A stretch of 64,000 nt of DNA from positions 558,001 to 622,000 of the forward strand of contig JASANG010003711.1 in NCBI GenBank assembly GCA_030248215.1, in the 5' to 3' direction. The notes beneath the pieces were generated by a model that saw only the letters and a program-made list of their open reading frames with translations, ran no database searches and had not been told where the DNA came from. Origin of the DNA: Enoplolaimus lenunculus (lineage: Eukaryota). Of this stretch, positions 1 to 11,500 are shown in pieces; positions within the stretch are counted from its first letter, which is position 1; every line of letters starts with the position of its first letter. The position numbers and the translations under genes were made by a program.

Positions 1-544
1 CAACGCGGGCACCCAAAAGGGAGGGACATTTTTTTACAAATGTGCGTGCATTTTAACGTGGATAACCCATGATAGTTTGCTTTTGATTTAGTTTTAAATG
101 AATTTGTGCGAGTTTTTTATGGGTTTAATTTTTGAAAGTGTTTGAAATTGGTCGCGTTGATTTTCTGGATGCTGAATAGAGGATTTCTAGCTAGTGTTTT
201 TAGGTGTGTTAGTTAGCTGACATTTTTTCAAGATGTAGTTTTGTGAGAACGAGTTTTGACTTGGGGTTATATTGCAACATGAAGAATGTGGATTCGGTTA
301 AGCAAAGATTTTTAAATGGCGTTGCCTTTTGGATTTCGGAGAATTTTGGATTTAAGCTTGAGTACTCGCACCGGGTGGGCAGGTACGGAAAATTTCTAAA
401 TGCAAAGTTGAGTTGGGTTAGACTTCGGTTGGTCTAGCTCGACTCAAACGATATTTTAACCCAATTGCATTCAGATTTTAACCCAGATGCATTCAGATCG
501 ATAATAAACTGGTAAAATAACTATTACCCAGTAATATTATAAAG

Positions 545-809
545 ATTCGACCCAGTACGTGATTGGAATTGCATTGAGCCTAAGGATCTCTGCAAGCAGA
601 ACATCGAGCCAAAAACTCCACGCCAAGTCGAAAGTATAACCGAGGCGTTGGAAACTCTACCAATGTCGCCTAAAACCCCGAAACGACTTAATCCGCTGGC
701 GGCGGAGTTCACTCCAGCGACGCCCGAATCCGGACGGTGGGCAGCAGCCCTACCGACTCGCGCCCAAGTCGATGCTTGGAAAACCAAGCATGACAAAGCT
801 GTGACGCAG
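545..809 (+). other. Putative exon/short ORF with a PAM2 (PABP-interacting) motif; parent gene unresolved
   Basis: Frame open from 543 (…PKTPRQVESITEALETLPMSPKTPKRLNPLAAEFTPATP…KAVTQ), ending at a CAG|GTAAAT donor (809/810). LNPLAAEFTP matches the PAM2 consensus LxxxAxxFxP. Confidence 0.4.
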
Positions 810-2437
810 GTAAATTTTCGAGCCATGATGTAGACGTAGGTTTAGGTTTAACTCAGGTGGCATCCAACGTAATATTTTGTCAGCGATGCATAATACATGT
901 TGGTTTTTTCATTCAATAAATTCTTGGTGTCTATTTTTATAAGGGGACTAACCCATGACTTTTCAATTCCCGTTTCAGTTCGGACGTGAAACTACTATTT
1001 TTCCCCTTTGTTGTTGCTTTCGTTATTGTTGATCTGCAGCTATTCCCGCTGCACGGGGAGTGGTTTTCGAATCTGATCCGGTGGACTTCGATCCATGGCG
1101 AACGAAACCGGGTAGATTTTTGTTGTTGTGGTACTGGCCCACCCCGGTGGGCAAAAGTTGTAGCCAGGCATGAGAAAGCGCAAGGATAAGAGTCTCCTGG
1201 TGCCAACATTTTGTGTTACTTGACTGATACTTCCCACAGTATGCGATAATGAAATTATACCTAAACCGGGTGTCGGAGTCCGGAGGAAATAGCTGCGCTT
1301 GAAGTCCGAGAACAGTGCGAGCCTGGGACCTGAACAGCGATGAACGGAGTAGCATACCTAGACATAGTAGTCAATCGCGATCAAACCGTATAGGGTATCC
1401 GCCAAGGATGGGTGGCAAAGATTCTATTCCGGAGTAACCAACTTTATAGCGGGCTGCAAGGAAATTGTTGGGATTAGATATAGGCGAAAAGACAAGGCGA
1501 AAAGACACCGTACAAGCAGGTGTCGAAAAACACGGCTTTGATTCAGAAGGCTTTGAGCTGGAAAATGCAGCCCTTGAAGTGTCGGTGTCCTAGAGAGTCG
1601 CTGCATGTGTGTGCACAGGTCCAAAAACCCGCGTACCTCTCAGAATTATACAATCTTTGCAGATCGGTTCTGAGTGGGCCGAGACTGCTCCGAAAGCCTG
1701 AAATGCCTGACAATAGTGCGAAATACTTTATATCGAGCTAGCTTGAAACCGATAATTATGTTTGTAGGTCCAAAATGACTGTTGCGGAGTGTGAAAATCT
1801 TACGAAATGTTGTCTTTGTCTGAATTTGGCACAATTCAGATGTACAGTGGAAGCAACTATCTAATAGATTTCAATGTGTTGAATTTGATGAAAATGATTT
1901 AGAAACATTAAATTGAACCCGAATTCTTGTATTCTGGGTCCTCAAATACCTATGGTAAATCTCAAAAGTTTCTTGCAAATTATTCGGCAGAGAGTCATTT
2001 TAGTGTGGCTAGTTTTTGTTTGTACTGTTTTCTAAAACATTATGTATGCATTGTTGGATTTTCGGTAGTCAGGGGATTTGTTTGGTCGTGGATGCAAAAT
2101 TTCGCTCAAGCGAGTACTTCTTGCGCCAGCAGACGAGTTGCTCCTGAGTAACCGAGATGGACTGGCGTGGCAGGTCAGCACAAAGTCTCCCTTCTAATCG
2201 GTGTTGTCAAGACAAAGCCAGCATTTTCAGCCGCCTCTGAACCCGTGCATGCTATTCCAGAAATGACGGTAAGACTACTTTATATCTTAACATGTAGTTA
2301 ACTGGTCGCGCTGTGCACATGTGTAGTGGCCCTCCAAACTTTAGAAATTAAAGCTTTCATGTGATTTTATCTGGTTTACTGTTACCGTGCTTACAAAATA
2401 TAAGGTTATTAGTTATTAATTATATTAGTGCATTACT

Positions 2438-2677
2438 ATGTCGGACAACTCATTGCGTAGGCTTTCATCTCCGCTCAACCTGAACGCACAAGAATTTCAG
2501 CGGTCAACCTGCGGTGAACAGTGGACGACAGTGCACTTGACGCCAGAGGTCGAGGCTGGGTTGGAAGCATTGCGAATTTATAGCGCAGAAGAGGACGCTC
2601 GTGTAAAAAGTTTTTACGGTGCAATTAGTTATTTATCCAAGGTTCACTGTTGTTTCGTGTTCTTACGTTACTACTAA
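2438..2677 (+). other. Short ORF with a second PAM2-like motif
   Basis: MSDNSLRRLSSPLNLNAQEFQRS…; LNLNAQEF matches the PAM2 core but lacks the terminal Pro. Confidence 0.3.
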
Positions 2678-5519
2678 TAAATTGTCAAGCCTGTCCAATC
2701 TTTGTAATTTTAACGTTTTACCCATGCTTAAGCACCAGCACGTTGGAGCGGGAGCCTAAGCCTAGTCATTCACATAGTATTTATTACACTCTAGGTTTCG
2801 TCAGATTCTCTAGCGCTACCCCGGTTTTCCTATCTCTTTCCGGATTCTCTTTCCTCTTGCGTCTAATTAATCTCGCTTGAATCGAACCGCCTTTTTCTTA
2901 CCTGTTGTAGTGTGTAGACTAGTCACCCGCAGGCGATAAGCTTAGGTTAGATTGATTCACCTAAGTTTGTGGAATGTGCATGGGTTAGCGCTGGATCAAT
3001 CGGCATTAGATGAATATGCCGTTTATTTTAATCGTTTGCTCAAGGTTTTGACCGAAGAAAGCAGGATTGCGTTTTAGTTCGAAAATAAAGTTGAAGTCGA
3101 AAATATGAACGAAATTTGCGCGCGTGAATATTGTTTTTTTAATGATTTGGGCGCGCATGGCTATTGTTTTACCTAAGAAGTTGGGCACACGTCTTAAATT
3201 TGAAAAAATAATCGCGAGAATTAATTATTCTGCTCGCAAATCTCGTTCTGGATTTTCTCGCTTCAGTAGGTTGCCTTCTAGATGAGTGAAGTTACTGCTG
3301 CCTGAAAATGTGTGTATTTCCATATGGTTGCACCGGGGTTATTGTTAATTGTACGGATCCTCGGGATTCCCCGTGTTGGTGACTTTCGAACGTACCTACC
3401 CCAGACACGGGTTATCCTGATGGGACTGAACTGACAATTTTTCAATCAGAAGTCAAAAGTTGCCGAGGGTAGGCGGCGCTCTAACATTTAGACTTATGAT
3501 ACTGAATTATAAGGTCACCGCGAGTCAATGGAACAGCTTTATGTGCTGGTGTCAGCCATATTCGATTTTTCAAATTTAAAGTTATAAGCATTACCAGCTG
3601 AATTAAGAAATTTTGCTAATACACACAAATATTTTTTGGTCTGTTCAGCATGACATGAGAAGTATTAATAAACTGCCTATTCTATCAGAATTTCTGCCCT
3701 ATGATGCAAAAATACAGAAATACATTTGCTAAAGTTGCTATTTAGTTGCGTATTACATCAGAGCGTCGCATTTTTAACGTGTAAATACTAAAATCCGTTT
3801 TAGATAGGAAGTATTAAAAATTAGACAACAGTTCAAATAATTAATATTACAAACCTCCACATATTTTAAGTTGTTTGCTGTATGGTAGTTGAACCTAGTT
3901 GACATGCGGAAATTTTTGGCGACAAAATTTGCATCATTACGTTTTTCGTTACTCTAAAAAACTTTTCGTCCAGGCCTAAAGCACAAAGGTTGTTGCAATA
4001 TGGCTTGTACCATTAAGATTAATTGTGCCCCGATGACAGTCAGCCACTTGCAAAGAAAATCAATTTTTTATTGTGGAAAAATTCTGCTGTAGCTAACGGA
4101 GTTAGAGTGTACGGTTCGGAATTTTGGGAAATCTGGAGTGTAATTAAGCATTGCACGGCTTTCTGAGGAATTGAGAAGCATTGGTATTTGTGAGCCAGTG
4201 GCTGGATTAATCAGATTTAGGCATGGTTCATAAGGATTTCCGATCAGGCGACAACTTGGACATCTTACCTGTGTCTTACTTCTTCATATTCGGAGTTGAA
4301 AAAGTATTCGGGGGTAGTAAACGTTTACCGGTCGCGTCAACGAATCAGAGCGATACGCATAACATCGGGATGGAACAAATTTGGAGTTGTGATTCAGGGA
4401 CCCTTATAGCTAGCAAAATGACGAACTTATCACATGAGTCACCGCTCGAGGGCAGTGACAAAAATGTAACAGAGGTAATTTTGCATAATATACCTATCAC
4501 CGTTAATACTAGGCTGTTTGCTGTTTCTCATAAAAATTTGTTAAAAAATTTTATCGCAGTTTGAAATACTTTACCCACAGGTATACCTACCTACAACTTT
4601 TGTTATCCAACCCGCGTTTATGGCCAGCTGCCCGCGGGTAGCGCGCAGCTTTGTTGGAATCAAAATATATGGAGAAAAATCATTGTCAAAAGGCCTGAGT
4701 AAAACTTACAGGCTTAAACATGAAAGTAAATTTTAAAAGCAAACTTAAGAGTTAGAACTAAAGCCCAACAGAACTCCTGGGCCTATTATGTTGTTCAAGT
4801 CCCGTTTTATACACTGGAAATTAGAAAACACCATTTGGAAAACTACGTACGCAGGAGTCGTGGGGTCGCAGCTTCTGACAAATCTGTTTGTGCCACTTAG
4901 ATCTGCTTTACATAAAACAGGCTAGACACGGCATGTATTTCTAGTCTTGCATGGCTCCTAAAGTAACCTGGTCTTCCTAACATTATACGGCACTGGGTTG
5001 TATATTCAATACTGTATGTTCGTCGATGTTTCTGGTAAACTTATTGCGTTGTTTACTCAATAAAAACATTTTTAATTTATATATACTTTTAGAGGGATTA
5101 AATTCTGAAGCCCTATTGTTCAGAGTACAGTTTGACTTATGGTAACAGCAAAGTTATAACGTAATTGGTTTTCTATTTGTAAAACTAAACGTAAGGCATT
5201 TTATGTTTTACATTGCTTGCGCATTAAATTTGTGAACTCATTGAAAAGAACAAGGAATCCAACCGTACTACTATAGATTTTAAATTGAGTTCTGGGATGA
5301 AGCAGAGGCGGAGTTCTAACACACAGATTTCTTTCAAACAAACGTAGCCGCGCTTGCGGGGACTGTTGTTAGCTTTTTCATTAAAGTCTTGGCAAATTTT
5401 ACTTTGACGGTTATCTCGTTTACCCACGGGACATCAATAGATTCAAAGCGCAACAGAAAACACTCCTGCTTCTATTATTTTGCTGGCACCACGGAATAGC
5501 TTCTTTCCTATGATTCTGC

Positions 5520-6330
5520 GAGGTCGATCGGGATACCTTTGGTACTATATTTTCACTGAGTTGCCGGGACTGCTGGGACAGTTTCGAGCCTATGTTTTTG
5601 CTGGTTGATCAGTACTGTCGGGACAGTATCGATTCTATGTTTTCAAAAGGTCGGTCGGGACAGCCGCGCTTCGTCGGTAGACACACAACATGAACAGGTT
5701 GGTGCATGTTTTAGTTGGGTCAGTCAAGACATACAGGACAGCTTCAAGTCTGATTTCTCTGAGTTGGTTGGGACAGCTTCAAGCCATTGGTTTTCTGAGT
5801 TTACCGGGACGGCTGGGCTCTTTTGAACCTGTTCGAGCTAAATCGGTCGGGTCAGGCGAAACCGTTTTAAGCCTGTTTTCGCTCAGCCGGCCGGCGCAAC
5901 TTCGAGCATATGTTTAGCTGAGAAGGTCGGGACAGCCAGGCCAGCTTCGAATTTAGGGCCACACAGGAATTTAAGCCCGCATCTACGCCCTCACCTATGC
6001 CAGAGCTTTAAAATACGCGTAACTGGTGTAGCCCAAAACATGTTTTGCACCAAGTTGATGCGACTTCAACATTTAAAACTGTCCTATATACCGCGGGCAT
6101 ACCGACAAAAATTAATGACTTACAAACTACTTCTCTCAACTGTACAAACTAAACATATAACACATGTGAAACCATGGGACTTATTGGAAATGTCATATGA
6201 TATATAATCGGACATTTTAGTAAATGTCACGTATGTTGGAATGATTTCGCTGTTTTGGTCAGGACAGCCAGGACAACTCGCGCCAATGTTTTTCTGGATA
6301 GGTCGGGACAGACGGGACAACCTATCAGAC
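5520..6330. repeat. Degenerate minisatellite-like region built on a GGTCGGGACAGC motif
   Basis: Recurrent (tc)gggacagc…ttcgagcc…tgttttt units about 40 bp apart at 5520-5950, and again at 6255-6325. Confidence 0.55.
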
Positions 6331-7106
6331 GCATGAGCTTTTGTACACATTAAACATAATTTAAACATCTTAAGCATGCCGCTAATTCAGAGCGATTTTA
6401 CAATCAGATAGGAGCTCATATCTGCGCATTTTGTATATCATCATGTGATATATACTCGCTGTTATTAATTAGGAATATCTTATATTATCGTATAAATGTG
6501 CCACAGTATCACGTGGCGTATGAGCTCTTGTACACATTAAACATCTGAAAGTGGTTGCTTGTAAAGTTAATCTTGTATGATGTCACTGGCACGTTTAACG
6601 CTCGCATTTCACACATGCAACGAATTTACTGTTTTAAAAGTGTATAAATGTTCATTGGGTTTACAAAAAGTAAAATTTGCATTGACTTTCTCACAACGCA
6701 ATGTGTTTTAACAATGGTGTAGCGGACAAATAATCTGTTGATTATTCTAATTGTGAGAGTAATTCAAATTTTGGCGGAAATATTATGTTTTAAGGAAAAT
6801 TTAAATTTTTTAAGAAAACTAAATGTCCGCTATATATACGGTTACGGTTAACAATGTGTAATCCATACAGCTAGCTATATTGCTGGACGTTGCATGTACA
6901 AAGCGTATACGCATTATAGCGTGTGAGAGACATTTGTAAATTTATGGCAAAACAATTTAAAAGTGTGCGAGACGGATATATATAGTGTGAATTCCGCATA
7001 TATTTTTTATTTCACATATTTCTTCAGTTTTCAGACAGAAACAGCTGTAATTGGGTTGCATAATACCGTGTGATCAAACAACTATTAGTCGGCTTCAAGT
7101 GAATCA

Positions 7107-8513
7107 ATGAAACAGCACAAATGGCAAGTGCATCTTGTTCAAATTCAGACAAATAACTTTATGCCAGGAGTTGAGTTTTACGAATATTTCAGTGAACTCG
7201 CTAGCGACATTTTCTGTAATGGCCGCACAATGGATTGTTCAGTGTTTTCTTTCAAGTTGGGACCAAATAGGTCTTACAGCGATTACTTACGTTCTATGCA
7301 AACCGGCAAATACACTGCAACTATTCCGATTCACACGATTCTGCTTGAGCGGTTTAGCTCTTTTTATTTTAGTTTTCCGCTAGTTTATACTGAATATTCT
7401 ATTGCGATTCGACGTGCTCCAAGCCACGATACATTATATAACGTAATCCCGCAAATTGATCTCGAAACGACATGCTTCGCCTTAGTGATCATACTGCTGG
7501 TTGTAGTTGGCAAGCAAAATTACGATTTTGTTGGTAGAATTGTTGCTTCTATCAAGCAATCGCTGGAAATGTTGCGTTTTCAAATATCACACTTGTCTGA
7601 ATATTTTGCCACTTTATATCAGCAGCCTGAATCATTGAGGTTATTTAGCAGAGCGCCGACAACAAGTACTCGGCATCTTCATCGAGCGCTACAGTGGAAT
7701 TCGGTTAAAAAATCGTTGTATATAAGTTTTGTTCGCTTGTACGCGTTAACGGCATCTTATAGCATTTTCCTATCGTGTATTAATTTTTTTTACGCAAATT
7801 CACTGTACGTCGATATGGTTTCGAAAGATAAGATTGTACCGTTTAAGAACGTTAGTGAAGCATTTTGGGCGATGAAAAACGGCAACACTAAACTTATCAC
7901 TGGTCCATTTGGTACAAACGGTACTTTTTACAAACAGACAATTGCATCCATGGGTGTGCCAAAAACCGACATTGAAGACGTATGGTCATCGAGTTTGCAT
8001 TTTACCTACTGTGACAATATCAGACACGCAGTAAAAGAACTTTTAACTCATCCGTCAGGCACCCGATTTGCATTTTCCGACGAAATACAGTTGATGTTTG
8101 TACTGCTATCTCAAGCACTGACCAAAATTATCGGAGCACACAGCGGTCGAACGTCAGAAATTTGTGATTTAGAGTTTATAAAAGGAACCGCCCAGTACGA
8201 CTGGCTAGCAGTTATGTTTCCCAAGGATGTCACACTTCGCCCACTCATTGAACATGTTAACCGTAAAATTGCCATCGTGCAAGCGAGTTCGCTTGGAGAC
8301 GCTAAGTTGAAGCGATCGCGTTTTGTTCAAATTAAAAATGTCTGCAACAAAGGTCATTTACAGCATGGGAAAGTAACGATGGCGCGGCTTAGCCTTCATT
8401 TGTTCGAAAGAAGCGTTGTGTTTTTTACTATAGCGAACATAATATGCATTCTACTGTTTATATTCGAGCAATTAATTGCTGGAGAAGTATTGTTGACAAT
8501 GTCATATGGATAG
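7107..8513 (+). CDS. Intronless divergent ionotropic receptor (IR / variant iGluR-like), 468 aa, no amino-terminal domain
   Basis: S1-like YTATIPIHTILLERFSSFYFSFPLVYTEYSIAIRR (cf. iGluR …ITxER…DFSxPF…); M1 hydrophobic segment; M3-like FYANSLYVDMVSKDKIVPFKNVSE (cf. YTANLAAFL…PIES); S2 …LAVMFPKD…LIEHVNRKI; C-terminal TM segment. A TTTTCAG acceptor at 7034 is followed by stops in all frames, consistent with a UTR or trans-splice site. Confidence 0.75.
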   Translation: MKQHKWQVHLVQIQTNNFMPGVEFYEYFSELASDIFCNGRTMDCSVFSFKLGPNRSYSDYLRSMQTGKYTATIPIHTILLERFSSFYFSFPLVYTEYSIAIRRAPSHDTLYNVIPQIDLETTCFALVIILLVVVGKQNYDFVGRIVASIKQSLEMLRFQISHLSEYFATLYQQPESLRLFSRAPTTSTRHLHRALQWNSVKKSLYISFVRLYALTASYSIFLSCINFFYANSLYVDMVSKDKIVPFKNVSEAFWAMKNGNTKLITGPFGTNGTFYKQTIASMGVPKTDIEDVWSSSLHFTYCDNIRHAVKELLTHPSGTRFAFSDEIQLMFVLLSQALTKIIGAHSGRTSEICDLEFIKGTAQYDWLAVMFPKDVTLRPLIEHVNRKIAIVQASSLGDAKLKRSRFVQIKNVCNKGHLQHGKVTMARLSLHLFERSVVFFTIANIICILLFIFEQLIAGEVLLTMSYG

Positions 8514-11500
8514 AAAAAAATAAGCAAGGCATACAATTTACCTATAATGTGCTCCAGTCTTTCATGGAAAAACACGAATTTCAGTTTATGCACCGATGTT
8601 AATGTCTATATAACACGCTATAATGGTTGCACTCAGCGCATTCAACGTCCATACCGTTAGGTATAGAGCGGGTACTGAAGATTTGGACCAATACTTTAAC
8701 ATAAAATGTTACAACCAAAACATAGTCCAAAGCTTAATCCTCAGCGCAATAAATACAAGAAAACAAAGCTTAGCATAAAGCCCAAGTAAAAATAAGTCTT
8801 CAATTTAAGCCCAGTCTATTTCTTTCTAGGCAAAAATCGTGCACTAGCGGATCCAAAGGGGGCCTGTGGGCGTACGCCCCTCGTGAGAAATTTTTGTAAT
8901 AAAATGGTAAGGTTCCACCCTTCAGGTTAATTTTTCGTGACAAACTGCTAAGATTCTTCTACCTTACAGTTGTCCTCCTAAGAAAACTTCTTGGCAAAAA
9001 ATTGGGTTTCAAAACAATAACGAGCCTGTCCCTCGTCAGAAATTTCTGGTTTCGCCGCTGAAAGCAGGACACCACCAAAACTAATATGGACTGTTCTCTG
9101 TACGATTAAGCGTAAGTATATTTCAATGTGGTTCTTTCTTTTCGGAACGTAAAACAACTCAAAATTGAAATTTATAAGAAATTAAAAGTTGTAAAAATAA
9201 TTATCGATGAATAAAATAAAATCAGTGAAAACAAGCTTTTAAGTAATTAGATGGTATGTATCGGTCAGTTAACTTTAAAAACGTTTTTAAGCTGTTTCTT
9301 TGCATATGGGCAAATTAATTGCGATTATTTATTTACTTTAATTATTATTCCATAGTGTAATTTACGGTAGACGTTTGTTGTGCGAAACGATATCAGTGAA
9401 CATAGATTGAATTTAGGTAAATAGCCTTAGGTAAACAGCCTATTTCTTGTCGTAGATTTACATTATTTAGCGAAACCAGCACGATAACCATTTTGAGTTA
9501 TGTATAGTTTATACTATCCGTTTGCTTTGTTTGTACGTGTAAACTGAATAAATGACTTTTTTATCTGGCGCTTTGAAGGTGGGTTTGTATTTGCGACGGA
9601 ATCATGCACTGAACCGATGCAGCAAAGCACAGTCAATTTTATACTCGTATTCCAAACAGTTACGAATCATGTCATGCGGGGTTAACGTTATAACTGGAGC
9701 AGGTTGAGAAATGTTTTGTCTCTATTAGACTATTGGGTTACATTTTGACTGCTTATAGCAAGGGCGTAGCCAAGGGGGAAAAGCACAAGATGGCCCATGG
9801 CCACCCAATGGTTTTGGAAAAATTTGATTTTCGAATAAATTGAAGCTAGGATGTCCTGTGCGTTTCACTTCCACAGACTATTTGTTGATGTTTTCCTATT
9901 TACTGTGCCGACGTTGCTTTATAGTGGTATATGTAGCAAAATTTATTTTCGCAGGCGTTGTTGTGGGTAGTAACTTTTTGTACCGTGTATGATTTTTTAT
10001 ATAAAACGGCATTCAATAAAATTTTTCAACTATGTTATGTAGTGATGGGCATCGGATATTTTATTTACATCCCGATATCCTGCAATTTTTACCGGATCGT
10101 TATCCGGAAATCCGTTATTAAATTTCTATTTCGAATAACCAAAACATTTGGTTTAAAAGGTTGCTGCTGAATAATAAATACTTCCGTTGTCCACCTGAAC
10201 GAGCATTGCAGGCGGAAGCGCCTCTACAAATTACCAAATTGGACGGCGGGGACTCCATTTTGGTAAACTAAAAAATTTTTTCACTGACCGCGAAGTTTAT
10301 GGAGTTGCAAAACATTTTATTTGGCGTTCGAACTATATATACATGAGACGTTTTACATTCCAAGAAAGAATCACATTCACTTAAGCTTAATCGTAAAAAC
10401 ATCAGCCGATGTTACTTTTGGTGAAACCCCCTGCCAGTTTGTCGCAAGACCGCAGTAGAGTCGGCTTAAATGTTTAAAATAATTTTTTGCTTGGGCTTAG
10501 CTTAAGCTTGTCTTAGACTTTTAGAATTTCAATTCAAAACGTGCTCCGATTCCGATTCCGATTGCACTATCAGTCGGAATCGGAATGTTGCAATTTTAAT
10601 TTAATCATACTTTGGTTGCATAAAGATTCTCTCGATCTCAATATCTAAAAAAACAAAATACCGTTTTATTTTGAAAACAACAATAATTGATTGTAGTTTA
10701 GCTTAACAGAACCAAAAACAATGCCAATATGTTGAAGTGACGTTTTGAAAATTGTTGCCAGGTACAGATATCCTAAGTTAATATATTTGTTAATACAAAT
10801 TATCCGTATTGTCACAAAATTTGTAGTTTTGATCACGGTTGCGGCGTAATCCAGTTCCGTTCTGCACCTTGCTGCACATGCTAATTGATGAAAATTAACA
10901 CACTTTATATTTAAAGTATTTGAGTGGCAAACAAACACAAATACTGGCTACGCCAATGGCTTATAGACCCAAAATTATATTCAAAAATTCGTATTTGTCT
11001 GCTATTATCATGTATAGGTCACATTTGTTCTTCAATATCATATGATATTCGAGGTATTGTCTGCGAATATCATATTATACATTTTAAAATGTCTGCATAC
11101 CTGAGGTTACGTACCCAAATTGTCATGTTCAATATTATGTGATACTAGAATTTGAAATTTGAATCTTTGAATTATGAAGGTGTAGTTCTAAGCGATTGTG
11201 GGCAATTTGTGAATCCAATGTGGATAGATAAAATATTGGAAAATAGAGTTAACTTACTATCTATCGAAGGCTCGAGGAGCAGCGAGAGCTATTGTTAGAG
11301 GTCTATGCAACGAGCAAAACTATGATACTGCTTTGAAACGTTCAAATTGCACTATAGTAGGTTGTTGTATAGCCAGCTAACACAACTTCCGTGGATTAGT
11401 AACAACGCTGTGTCGATCTCAAACACATTAAACGCGTGCGAATTGTTGCTACTGCAACTGGAAAACGTTGGAGAAAACATAAAACGAAAACACATCGCTT

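Noticed and set aside
2700..3500. LTR or retroelement end
   Set aside because: Composition is LTR-like, but I found no second LTR, convincing PBS/PPT, or gag/pol motif.
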